Notes under the pieces: model-generated
Database searches by the model: none
What the model saw: the letters and a program-made list of their open reading frames with translations, nothing else
What the model was told of the DNA's origin: nothing
Origin: an uncultured Acidimicrobiia bacterium
GTDB lineage: Bacteria > Acidobacteriota > Terriglobia > Versatilivoradales > Versatilivoraceae
Length of the DNA: 64,000 nt
NCBI GenBank assembly: GCA_963786955.1
Contig: CAWBAT010000005.1
Span: forward strand, 1,440,001-1,504,000
Reading direction: 5' to 3'
Shown: one piece after another, positions 10,070 through 18,709 of the stretch
Numbering within the stretch: position 1 is the stretch's first letter
Layout of the letters: the number at the start of each line of letters is the position of its first letter
Program-made: the position numbers and the translations under genes

Positions 10070-11731
10070 TCAAAAAACGAAGGCGAACTGACTCTGGAAG
10101 CGGTAACTCGTTGCGGTCCCTCTCTGAACGGGAACATAAAATAGTTGGCTGGGGCTGTTCCCACGCCGTTCATCGGTAATAAAGACCAGGTTTTGCCACT
10201 GGAGAAATTTCGCTAAACCAATGTCAAAACGGAAGGCATGAGTCGCAATATTGACCCCGGAGTTCGTTCCGAAGTCGTCGTCCGTAAACTGGGAAACCAT
10301 TGAGTTACCGTCCTTGATGCCATACTGGTAAAGCACCCGCCAGTCACCGAATTTCTTGACGGCGCCGAAGTTCACCGCGCCCAACACAGCATCCTGCAAA
10401 AAACCCGCCCCAAAATTACGCGACATCTGAACATTGAACCAGAAGGGCATTTCCCGATCGCCCACTTTCACCGCCTTGTGCTCTAGCCGATAGGAGACTC
10501 GCATAATGTGAAAATCTGGGGCTGTATATATCGCGCCACCGGGGGTGGTGGTCGCATTACCAGTGCCAGTGACCTGCGCCGAGAGCACCAATCCGAGTGC
10601 CGGGTTTATCAGAACCGGGAAGCCAGCAGGTGTGGAGGCCAGCTGAATCTCATTGGGATTGCGGAACATCTCAGCATTTGCGACAATTGTGTGTTTCCAG
10701 GTACCCGTCGTATTTAGATTGAGCACAATTCCTTGGTCAAACATATTGGCATCACGAACCTTCTGGCCGACCTGATAGCCTGCGCCAACGTAAGGAGAGC
10801 CAGTAGCTACGATGCCTACATTGGGATTGCTCAAAATATATTGAGCGGCCCGAAACTCCACCGAGTTGTTCTCATTAATAGGCAACTTGGCAATCTGCTG
10901 AAAGCCGTTAAACCGAACGTCGTCATCCCAGATGAATCTATAATTATCTGCAAAGACCTCCTCCATCCGGCCTCCGCGAACAGAGAATTTCTTGTTCGGA
11001 TGAAAGTCCGCCCACCCTTCTGAAATGAAGATTGGTGCTCTGACAACTGTTGCCGCAAAATCCTGGTCAAAGGTCAGTCCATTGTTTATCGGACCGCTGC
11101 CAATCTGGAGATGGAAACTAAAGCGAGGATCTAGATCTTTGTCCACATTCAAGCGCAATCGGTAACGTTCGCGGACGTTTTGAACTGGCCCCGAAACTGC
11201 ATTTCCGGAGCGGAGTATTCCATCCGTCCGAAGGCGAAAGTCGCCGCTAAACTTGAATCCCATGACCGAAAGTGCCATGGGTACGGGTTTTTCTTCCGCT
11301 TTTTTGTCATCTTTTTTTGCGACCACATTACTTTGTGCTGCCGCCCCGCCGGTGCCAGTAGCTTGTGGAGGGGTTGCGGATAGGGAGGCAACTTCAACGG
11401 TCGAACCTGCGTTTGGGGAAGCGGCAGCATCGGCCTTCCGTTCGAGAGCCAGTTTGTCGATGAGGGCCTGCTGCTGGGCTAGTTTTCCCTTGAGTTCCTC
11501 GATGGCTTGATGCTGCTGGAGAATCAAGTTTTGCAGATCGGTGATATCCCCTCGTGAAACCGTTGAATCCGATCGACTCCCTGCAGGGACGTCAACCTTT
11601 GTAGCGTTTGCAGGCTCTGGTTCCGCCGCTTGGTACCGATTCAAGCAGACAAACGACAGAAACGCTATAAGCGTAAGCTTCGGCAGGATCCTTCGCAGAG
11701 AGGTAGTCTGTAGTGGGTTGCTGATGGCCAT
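10070..11731 (-). CDS. Putative outer-membrane beta-barrel porin (Porin_5-like), likely phosphate-starvation induced
   Basis: Signal peptide, coiled coil (LQNLILQQHQAIEELKGKL), FSGDFRLR, RERYRLRL, WDDDVRFNG, amphipathic strands and C-terminal Phe. ATG 11731 follows AAGGAG. Confidence 0.8.
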   Translation of the reverse strand: MAISNPLQTTSLRRILPKLTLIAFLSFVCLNRYQAAEPEPANATKVDVPAGSRSDSTVSRGDITDLQNLILQQHQAIEELKGKLAQQQALIDKLALERKADAAASPNAGSTVEVASLSATPPQATGTGGAAAQSNVVAKKDDKKAEEKPVPMALSVMGFKFSGDFRLRTDGILRSGNAVSGPVQNVRERYRLRLNVDKDLDPRFSFHLQIGSGPINNGLTFDQDFAATVVRAPIFISEGWADFHPNKKFSVRGGRMEEVFADNYRFIWDDDVRFNGFQQIAKLPINENNSVEFRAAQYILSNPNVGIVATGSPYVGAGYQVGQKVRDANMFDQGIVLNLNTTGTWKHTIVANAEMFRNPNEIQLASTPAGFPVLINPALGLVLSAQVTGTGNATTTPGGAIYTAPDFHIMRVSYRLEHKAVKVGDREMPFWFNVQMSRNFGAGFLQDAVLGAVNFGAVKKFGDWRVLYQYGIKDGNSMVSQFTDDDFGTNSGVNIATHAFRFDIGLAKFLQWQNLVFITDERRGNSPSQLFYVPVQRGTATSYRFQSQFAFVF

Positions 11732-11888
11732 GATGAGTCTCCTTATAGTTTTGTTTAAAGAATTAAATCCGAGCGCTGAAAAGCTGAGTATGCCGAGATC
11801 ATCCATACCCTTGCGTGAAGAGTCCCGGGTACTGACGAGCTTCAATTCATGTTTGCGCAAAAAAACCATGGGAAACATACAGGCACTG

Positions 11889-11927
11889 TGTAAAAAACAT
11901 GTGTCTTTCATGTAAACTCGTGATGAA
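11889..11927 (-). promoter_or_regulatory. Pho-box-like array upstream of the porin
   Basis: Minus strand TTCATC-N5-TTTACA-N5-GACACA-N5-TTTACA. Confidence 0.65.
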
Positions 11928-12327
11928 CTTATTTCCCCGGGATTGAGAATGAACAGGCCCCAATAGTCGAGGTGAGATCTGAGGAAATTAGAAGCATGGG
12001 CCGTAAAATCACGGCCCCAATCTTCTTTCTACGAGAAGAATTCATGAGTTTCTATCAAAGTTCGAATGGAAGTTTTTTGCGGGGGGGTAAAGACGATCCG
12101 TCGAATGGGCAGATTCATGGTTGCGGGTCTGCTCACTTGCTCCAAGGTGATGGTGTCGCCTTTATGTAATGTATAGATTAGCTGCCCTGTTCCTTCATAC
12201 CCAGGTGGGTCAAATTCTTCGGATTTTGCAGGTCAAGCAGCTCACCAATTATGAGGAACTGCAAATTATTTGACTCAATGGCGATTGAGCTAGGCCAAAA
12301 TGGCGAGAAAGAGGTTATATTTAGTCT

Positions 12328-13053
12328 CTACGCGGTGGCTGGCATGGAAGTGTTATCCGGATTCTTATGCGAACGAAACCGATAGCCGACACCGACGACA
12401 GTCTCGATGTAATTGTCGGCTTCCTCCCCGAGTTTCTTCCGGATTCTGCGGATATGCACGTCCACAGTTCGAGTTTCTCCATAATAATTGTACCCCCACA
12501 CCGCATCGAGAATCTTGTCTCGTGTCAACACGCGCCCAGTATTCCCCACCAGGATCTTCAAAAGACTAATTTCCTTAAAGGTAAATTTCAGTTCACGACC
12601 ATGGAGTTGAGCGTGATAGTTATCAAAATCGATAGACAATTTCTGATCGCTGTAGGCTTCCACTCGGTCTGACTGAACTTCCACCCGGCGCAAAGCTGCC
12701 CTGATTCGCGCCAATAATTCGCGCATCGCGAAAGGCTTCGTGATGTAGTCATCGGCTCCCAACTCCAATCCGAGGACCTTATCGGACTCGCTGGCGAGGG
12801 CTGTAAGCATGATAATGGGTGTCTCTTTGGTCTCTCCGTTTTGGCGCAAGGCTCTACAGACTTCGGTACCGGTCATACCGGGAAGAATCAAATCGAGAAT
12901 GATCAAATGAGGCCGCGCTTCCATAGCCAATTTAAGCCCTTCATCTCCGGTAGCAGAGGTGAGGACCGAAACGCCTCGTTCTTTCTCGAGGTTGTATTTC
13001 AAGATGTCCCGGATGTCTTTGTCGTCTTCAACAATTAAGATTCTTTTATTCAT
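12328..13053 (-). CDS. phoB: OmpR/PhoB-family response regulator (PhoB/PhoP-like)
   Basis: Receiver (IVEDD, ILDLILP, GADDYITKPF) plus winged helix (RTVDVHIRRIRKKL, ETVVGVGYRF). Heads the pst cluster. Confidence 0.8.
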   Translation of the reverse strand: MNKRILIVEDDKDIRDILKYNLEKERGVSVLTSATGDEGLKLAMEARPHLIILDLILPGMTGTEVCRALRQNGETKETPIIMLTALASESDKVLGLELGADDYITKPFAMRELLARIRAALRRVEVQSDRVEAYSDQKLSIDFDNYHAQLHGRELKFTFKEISLLKILVGNTGRVLTRDKILDAVWGYNYYGETRTVDVHIRRIRKKLGEEADNYIETVVGVGYRFRSHKNPDNTSMPATA

Positions 13054-13238
13054 TTTTGTCTATTCTCTTCTCTACAGAGCTGAACTCGTTTTCATTTTTC
13101 GAGACTCAATGGATCCAGTTTGCATAGACAGTCAGGGCAATAGTCAGTAACATGCTTCAAATCGTCATCGATTCTGTCATCAACGGGACCCAACCGAGGT
13201 CAAGGCCCATGATTCCAGTTTACCAGCGAGCAAAAGAC

Positions 13239-13288
13239 TATGACTTTATTGTTACAGGAGTATTACAAAAAGATGAATCTTTGATGAA
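13239..13288 (-). promoter_or_regulatory. Pho-box-like autoregulatory array upstream of the phoB-like gene
   Basis: Five hexamers at 11-bp period on the minus strand: TTCATC, TTCATC, GTAATA, GTAACA, GTCATA. Confidence 0.6.
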
Positions 13289-13691
13289 ATTTGGAACGGC
13301 ACGCATCCCAGTGAACATGTAAAACGATTTCAACAGGGCGGAATTCATGTTTATCAAGGCCGAGCACTTGCTGCGCTTTGAAGCTCTTCGATCAACTTGC
13401 TAACGAAGGAGCGGATGAGATCCCGTGTTTCACGAAATTTCCCAAGGACCGTTTGCTCTGATCGATGGTCGGTGTCAGCACCTAGCACTGCAAATCCGAC
13501 TGATAATTGCATTCAGCGACGGTCAGGAGTATGTTATCGAGTGCGATTGCAGAATGGAAATTCGGGTTGGTCTGAATCAGTTCACCTGAGGAGAAAGCCA
13601 ACGGACCATTTTGGAGCGTAAATCATCCGCCGCACAGACTTCCGTCCTGAAGTTCGATCACAAATCTCTGGGCCTAAGGGAGAAAGTCTTT

Positions 13692-15224
13692 ATGTGTCGT
13701 CTTACCAGCGCTGTCCATTCATTTTTCGTGCTCGTTCTATTCTGCGGGGCCTCCAGTATTTGGGCAGGAGATCAACGCGTTAAAGTTGAGGTCCACTGGG
13801 ATCGAGTGACCCGCGTTTTGCAGACAACGCCGACGCTCTTACTCGGTGCAGCTCCCGATATATCGCGCAGCGCCCCGCTCCACGACCGCATCTTTCAGAC
13901 TATCAGGGATCTCGGGGCCGACGATCTGCGGTACGCAACGGGTGGCCCCTACCCCCACTTCGGCGTCGTGGAGCGAGAGCCGCCAACTGCCACTACGACA
14001 TCATGGGACTTCTCTACGATCGATCCTGTGACCGAGGACGTTGTAAACGCGACGCAAGGGCATACATTGGTGATGAACTTCACCAACATCCCGCAATGGA
14101 TGTTTAAGACTTCTGAGCCGATCCCCTACCCGTCGGACCCTACCAAACGATTCTGGCAATATACCAAGGGCACCGAGCTCCGCGATCCCACCTATCAGGA
14201 AGTTGCCGACTATTTTGCCCGTGTTGTCAGCTGGCACGTGAACGGCGGCTTCAAAGACGAGCTCGGAAAATGGCACGAATCGGGGCACCACTATAAGATT
14301 GACTACTGGGAAGTGCTGAACGAACCGGACCTCGAGCACGGGTTCACCGCTCAGACCTACACGAAACTTTACGACGTCGTGACGGAGGCGATCCATAAGG
14401 TTTCACCGCAAACAAAATTTATCGGAATCTCAGACTCCTACCCCGCCGGACATCCGGAATTCTTTGCCTACTTCCTGGATCCCAAGAATCACAAGCCTGG
14501 GACGCCGCTCGACATGATCTCCTACCACTTCTATGCCGTGCCGAGCTCAGACGAACCTCCGGAAGCTCAGCAGTTCACGTTCTTCAACCAGGCCGACAGG
14601 TTCCTGGAGATCACTGGCTATATCGACGCCATTCGGCGGATGCTTTCGCCCAAGACCGGGACCATGGTGAATGAGATCGGCACGATGCTACCGGACGACT
14701 GGACACAGACGACTCCGGATTATGTATTCAAACCTATCAGGCCGTCCTACTGGAATCTGTCTGCGGCGACTTATGCCTACGTCTATGCGGGGCTAGCGCG
14801 GCTGGGAATTGATGCGGCCGGCGAATCGGGAATACCGGCCTCTCCAGGCATGTGGGCGAGCATCGCCATGCTGGATTGGAAAACCGCTCAACCCAACGCT
14901 CGGTTCTGGGCTCTGAAATTGATTCGCGACAACTTCCGGCCCAACGCCAGGATTGTGGAGACGTCCAGCGACCCGGGATACGTGATGGCACAGGCATACG
15001 TAACTTCTGGTGGAGAACGAAAGATCCTGCTGGTCAACAAACGCGATCGGGAATTCGAGATTGCCCTGCCCGAGGCCTCCAGCGGAGCAAAGATCGAATG
15101 GATCGACCTCGCGACAGGGTCGAACCCGCCCTCATCGCAATCGATTGCCGGTTCGACATTCAAGCTGGGAGGATTCGGAGTTGCAGTCGTGACGCTCACG
15201 GTTGGACAACAAGCAACTGCTTGA
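13692..15224 (+). CDS. Secreted glycoside hydrolase, GH39-like (clan GH-A)
   Basis: Signal peptide, YWEVLNEPD (acid/base), ISYHFY, MVNEIG (nucleophile) and C-terminal beta-sandwich (ILLVNK). Confidence 0.8.
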   Translation: MCRLTSAVHSFFVLVLFCGASSIWAGDQRVKVEVHWDRVTRVLQTTPTLLLGAAPDISRSAPLHDRIFQTIRDLGADDLRYATGGPYPHFGVVEREPPTATTTSWDFSTIDPVTEDVVNATQGHTLVMNFTNIPQWMFKTSEPIPYPSDPTKRFWQYTKGTELRDPTYQEVADYFARVVSWHVNGGFKDELGKWHESGHHYKIDYWEVLNEPDLEHGFTAQTYTKLYDVVTEAIHKVSPQTKFIGISDSYPAGHPEFFAYFLDPKNHKPGTPLDMISYHFYAVPSSDEPPEAQQFTFFNQADRFLEITGYIDAIRRMLSPKTGTMVNEIGTMLPDDWTQTTPDYVFKPIRPSYWNLSAATYAYVYAGLARLGIDAAGESGIPASPGMWASIAMLDWKTAQPNARFWALKLIRDNFRPNARIVETSSDPGYVMAQAYVTSGGERKILLVNKRDREFEIALPEASSGAKIEWIDLATGSNPPSSQSIAGSTFKLGGFGVAVVTLTVGQQATA

Positions 15225-15875
15225 TTTAAGCTCAGCCGAGACAAACGGTTTATCGAGAAACTGCGTGACATTGTGGGCTTGTACCTGAATCCTCCCGATA
15301 AGTCGCTGGTGCTGTGCGTCGACGAGAAATCGCAGATTCAAGCCCTGGATCGAACTCAGCCGGGGTTGCCTTTGAAGAAGGGGCGTTGTGGCACCCTGAC
15401 TCACGATTACAAACGCCACGGCACCACGACGCTGTATGCCGCCCTGAGCCTGCTGGACGGCCGCGTGATCGGCGATTGTATGCCGAGGCATCGCCACCAG
15501 GAGTTCATTCGGTTTTTGAAGCGGATCGACTGCCAGACTCCCGATGAGCTGAACCTGCATCTGATCGTCGACAATTACGGAACACACAAACATCCCCGCG
15601 TAGTGTCCTGGCTTCGACGCCACCCCAGGTTTCATTTGCACTTTACTCCGACCTCGAGCTCTTGGCTGAATCTGGTAGAACGCTGGTTTCGCAATCTCAC
15701 GGAGAAACGCATTCGCCGCGGTTCTTTTGCCAGTGTTCCTGATTTGGTAGCCGTCATCGAAGACTACTTGCGGAAGCATAACGAAAAACCTCAGGTTTTC
15801 GTTTGGACAGCAACAGCTGACCAAATACTGGCCAAAGTCATCAAATGTAAAGAAGCGTTAGACGCACTACACTAG
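15225..15875 (+). mobile_element. 5'-truncated IS630-family element (DDE domain and right end only)
   Basis: [65 protein letters not shown]. Ends ...GACGCACTACACTAG with the stop overlapping the TA end. The N-terminal HTH is missing. Confidence 0.88.
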
Positions 15876-16131
15876 GTAACTGAACAAACCTATTTGCAAT
15901 TACGACACTCGAAACCTAATTTGCTAGAATTCTTCATATTTTCGACTCGTAGCGATCGGGACCTGATTCGACGATTCGTTGAAAGTAATCCCGCCTTTAG
16001 ACGGAGACAATTTCTGTGAGTGAAGAACTTAGAGCATCCGAATTGATATGTTTTGGACTTAGAAAGTGGGGAAGAAGTCTGAACAGTAGGGAGTTCCGGG
16101 AAGGGGATTGCTTGGATCTAAGACATCTCCT

Positions 16132-16437
16132 TCATACGCAGACCAATATTTCTCCAGCTTCAATCTTCGTCTCGTAACAGGTAACTTTAGCCGCTGGATT
16201 CAGAGTTGATGTTCCAGTCGTCACATCGTAAGTCCATCGATGCCAGGGGCAGGTCACAATCTTCCCTTGCAGTTCGCCTTCGCCAAGAGGTCCGCCACGG
16301 TGGACGCAAGTACCATCGATTGCATAGAATGAGCCATCAACGTTGAAAAGAGCAATGCCTTTGCCGTTAACCTCAACCGTTTTTCCGCTTCCGGAAGCAA
16401 TATCAGCGACGTTTGCCACTGAGACAAATTCTGCCAT
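16132..16437 (-). CDS. Rieske [2Fe-2S] ferredoxin
   Basis: CVHRGG and CPWH ligand motifs, 101 aa. Confidence 0.93.
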   Translation of the reverse strand: MAEFVSVANVADIASGSGKTVEVNGKGIALFNVDGSFYAIDGTCVHRGGPLGEGELQGKIVTCPWHRWTYDVTTGTSTLNPAAKVTCYETKIEAGEILVCV

Positions 16438-16554
16438 ATAAAATTAAACCTCCGTATGCTTTTATGGATTGGTCCAACCCAATAACTCGTTTAGCGTAAC
16501 CTAAGCCATACAAATGTCAAATGGTTCTATGAGGAGTCTCCAGCAACGTAAGCT

Positions 16555-17715
16555 ATGATAATGAGTCCATGTTTATTTTACACAGCCTTGTTTTCTCTGC
16601 TGATCCTAATCGTCATCACCATCGAGTTGATCAAAGGTGTGAGGGCATTGGGATTTCTGGAGGACGTGCCACCGAATGACTCACCCACTCCTCCGCTGGT
16701 GTCGGTTGTTATTCCCGCCCGAAATGAAAAAAGGCACCTTGAAATGGCGCTGCAATCGATGTTGAGTCAGAAATATCCTCAGTTCGAGGTTGTTGTCATT
16801 GATGACCGCTCGACAGATGCGACGGGAGAAATCTTGGATCGCATGGCCGTTCACAACTCTTTGTTAAAAGTGTTCCATATCCGGGAATTACCTCAGGGGT
16901 GGCTGGGAAAAAACTACGCATTGTCCTATGGCGCGAGCAAGGCCCGGGGGGAACTGCTCCTTTTTACTGATGCTGATGTGATCATGGAACCGACAACCCT
17001 GAGCCGGGCCGTCAACTATCTGATTCAGGAACGGTTTGATCACTTGACCCTGTCGCCTACGCTCTCCATGCCCAGTTTAATTCTCAGAATCTTTGTGACA
17101 GGGTTTTATTTTTTCTTCAGCCTCTATGCCAGGCCATGGAAAGCGCGAGATCCGAAAAGCCACGCCCATATCGGGATTGGCGCCTTTAATCTCATCAGAC
17201 AACAGGTCTACCAAGCCATCGGGACACATCAGGTGATTGCGATGCGTCCGGACGATGATATGAAACTAGGAAAGATTGTAAAAAAGAATGGATTCTCCCA
17301 GGGGTTCCTATTTGGAAACCGTTTTATTTCCGTGGAATGGTACGCTTCGGTGCGGGAACTGGTTCACGGGATGATGAAGAACTCTTTTGCGGGTGTGGGA
17401 TATCGAATATCAATGGTTGTTGCGGCGACCCTTGGTCAATTCATGCTTTTTATCTGGCCATTTCTAGCAGTCTTTTTGGCAGATGGTCTAACTCGCTGGG
17501 TTTACATGGTCATCGTTCTGATCCTCTTACTAATCATGGGCTACGGCGCTCACCTTTGCCACGGCAGTCCTTGGTTGGGGCTAGGACTTCCTTTGGCCAG
17601 CGCTCTACTTCTTTACATTTTCTGGAAATCCATGATCCAGACGTTGTGGCGCCAGGGGATTTTTTGGCGGGAGACCTTTTACCCTCTTCGATTACTCAAA
17701 GCCAATAAAGTCTGA
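16555..17715 (+). CDS. Membrane-associated family 2 glycosyltransferase (HpnB/CrtQ-like)
   Basis: PARNE, DDRSTD, GWLGK, TDADV and PDDD motifs with N- and C-terminal TM segments. Confidence 0.88.
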   Translation: MIMSPCLFYTALFSLLILIVITIELIKGVRALGFLEDVPPNDSPTPPLVSVVIPARNEKRHLEMALQSMLSQKYPQFEVVVIDDRSTDATGEILDRMAVHNSLLKVFHIRELPQGWLGKNYALSYGASKARGELLLFTDADVIMEPTTLSRAVNYLIQERFDHLTLSPTLSMPSLILRIFVTGFYFFFSLYARPWKARDPKSHAHIGIGAFNLIRQQVYQAIGTHQVIAMRPDDDMKLGKIVKKNGFSQGFLFGNRFISVEWYASVRELVHGMMKNSFAGVGYRISMVVAATLGQFMLFIWPFLAVFLADGLTRWVYMVIVLILLLIMGYGAHLCHGSPWLGLGLPLASALLLYIFWKSMIQTLWRQGIFWRETFYPLRLLKANKV

Positions 17716-17720
17716 GATCT

Positions 17721-18527
17721 TTAGCAAGCCACCGTATTAGGGCTCACCTGTTCCTTGATAAAGGAGATGGAAAGAAGATTGAAGAGATCAGGACGATCCA
17801 CATTACAGACATGACCGGAGTTTCCGATGATCTTCAAAATACAGTGTCTATGTTTGCGAATAATCTGCTTGAGCGGGGGGAGAAACATATAGTCTTCCTC
17901 GCCCATCAAATAAAGGGTTGGAATGGGAATTTCTTTTTCTTCGAAATAATCCAAGAGAGGGTTGACTTCGTAGGTTAGCCGAAACCAGCGGATGAATTCC
18001 TTCTGGCAGAGTTTCCTGGCCTCATGGATAAAAAGATACCTGGATTTCTGGTGTCTCTTCTTGGGCATGATAATCCAGGCAAACAAGCTGTAGAGCCAAA
18101 GATATGGAATGATTCTTTTGAAGGTATTTCCTAGCATCACGAGGATCTTGGATCGCACATTCAGCCGAGTAATGGCTCCACCGAGAATCATGGATCGAAT
18201 CCGCAAAGGCGCGATTTCGCCGATCGCACGGATGATAATCGTCCCCAGAGAGATACCGACGAAATGGGCTGTTCGGATGCGTAGGTGATCCAATACCTCC
18301 AGGATTTCCCAGCCGATGTCTTCGAATGTGTACCGGCCTAGAGACTTGACGCCTTCAGCTAAGTTCCTGGATTTTCCATGGCCCCGCAAATCGATCATGA
18401 GGACGTTAAAATGCTTCCTGAATTCACGGAGTTGCTTAAACCAGATGGAGGAACTCCCCCCCGCGCCGTGAACGAAGACCACCCAGTCATTCTGAGGACT
18501 TTTTTCGTATTTCCAGTAGTGCAACAT
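17721..18527 (-). CDS. Alpha/beta-fold hydrolase
   Basis: HGAGGS, DLRGHG, GISLG nucleophile elbow, GEED and GHVCN. Confidence 0.9.
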   Translation of the reverse strand: MLHYWKYEKSPQNDWVVFVHGAGGSSSIWFKQLREFRKHFNVLMIDLRGHGKSRNLAEGVKSLGRYTFEDIGWEILEVLDHLRIRTAHFVGISLGTIIIRAIGEIAPLRIRSMILGGAITRLNVRSKILVMLGNTFKRIIPYLWLYSLFAWIIMPKKRHQKSRYLFIHEARKLCQKEFIRWFRLTYEVNPLLDYFEEKEIPIPTLYLMGEEDYMFLPPLKQIIRKHRHCILKIIGNSGHVCNVDRPDLFNLLSISFIKEQVSPNTVAC

Positions 18528-18709
18528 AATCTTTCAGGAACCTTGGATTAACCCAATTGATTTCAGCGCGCGATCAGGCCAGTGGTATCTTACCCTCAAT
18601 CGAGAGGCTCTAAAACGGAAACATCACCAACTCTATTTAACGATCAAAAAGCCTTGGACCCTTAAAGCTTTCTTGCTGTAATCCCTATTGGACCAGAATG
18701 GAGGATTGA

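Noticed and set aside
15132-15824. 230-aa minus-strand ORF
   Set aside because: Antisense shadow of the IS630 transposase with no independent motifs.
15895-15910. CAATTACGACACTC resembling a second IS end
   Set aside because: Too short, with no matching partner end or transposase.
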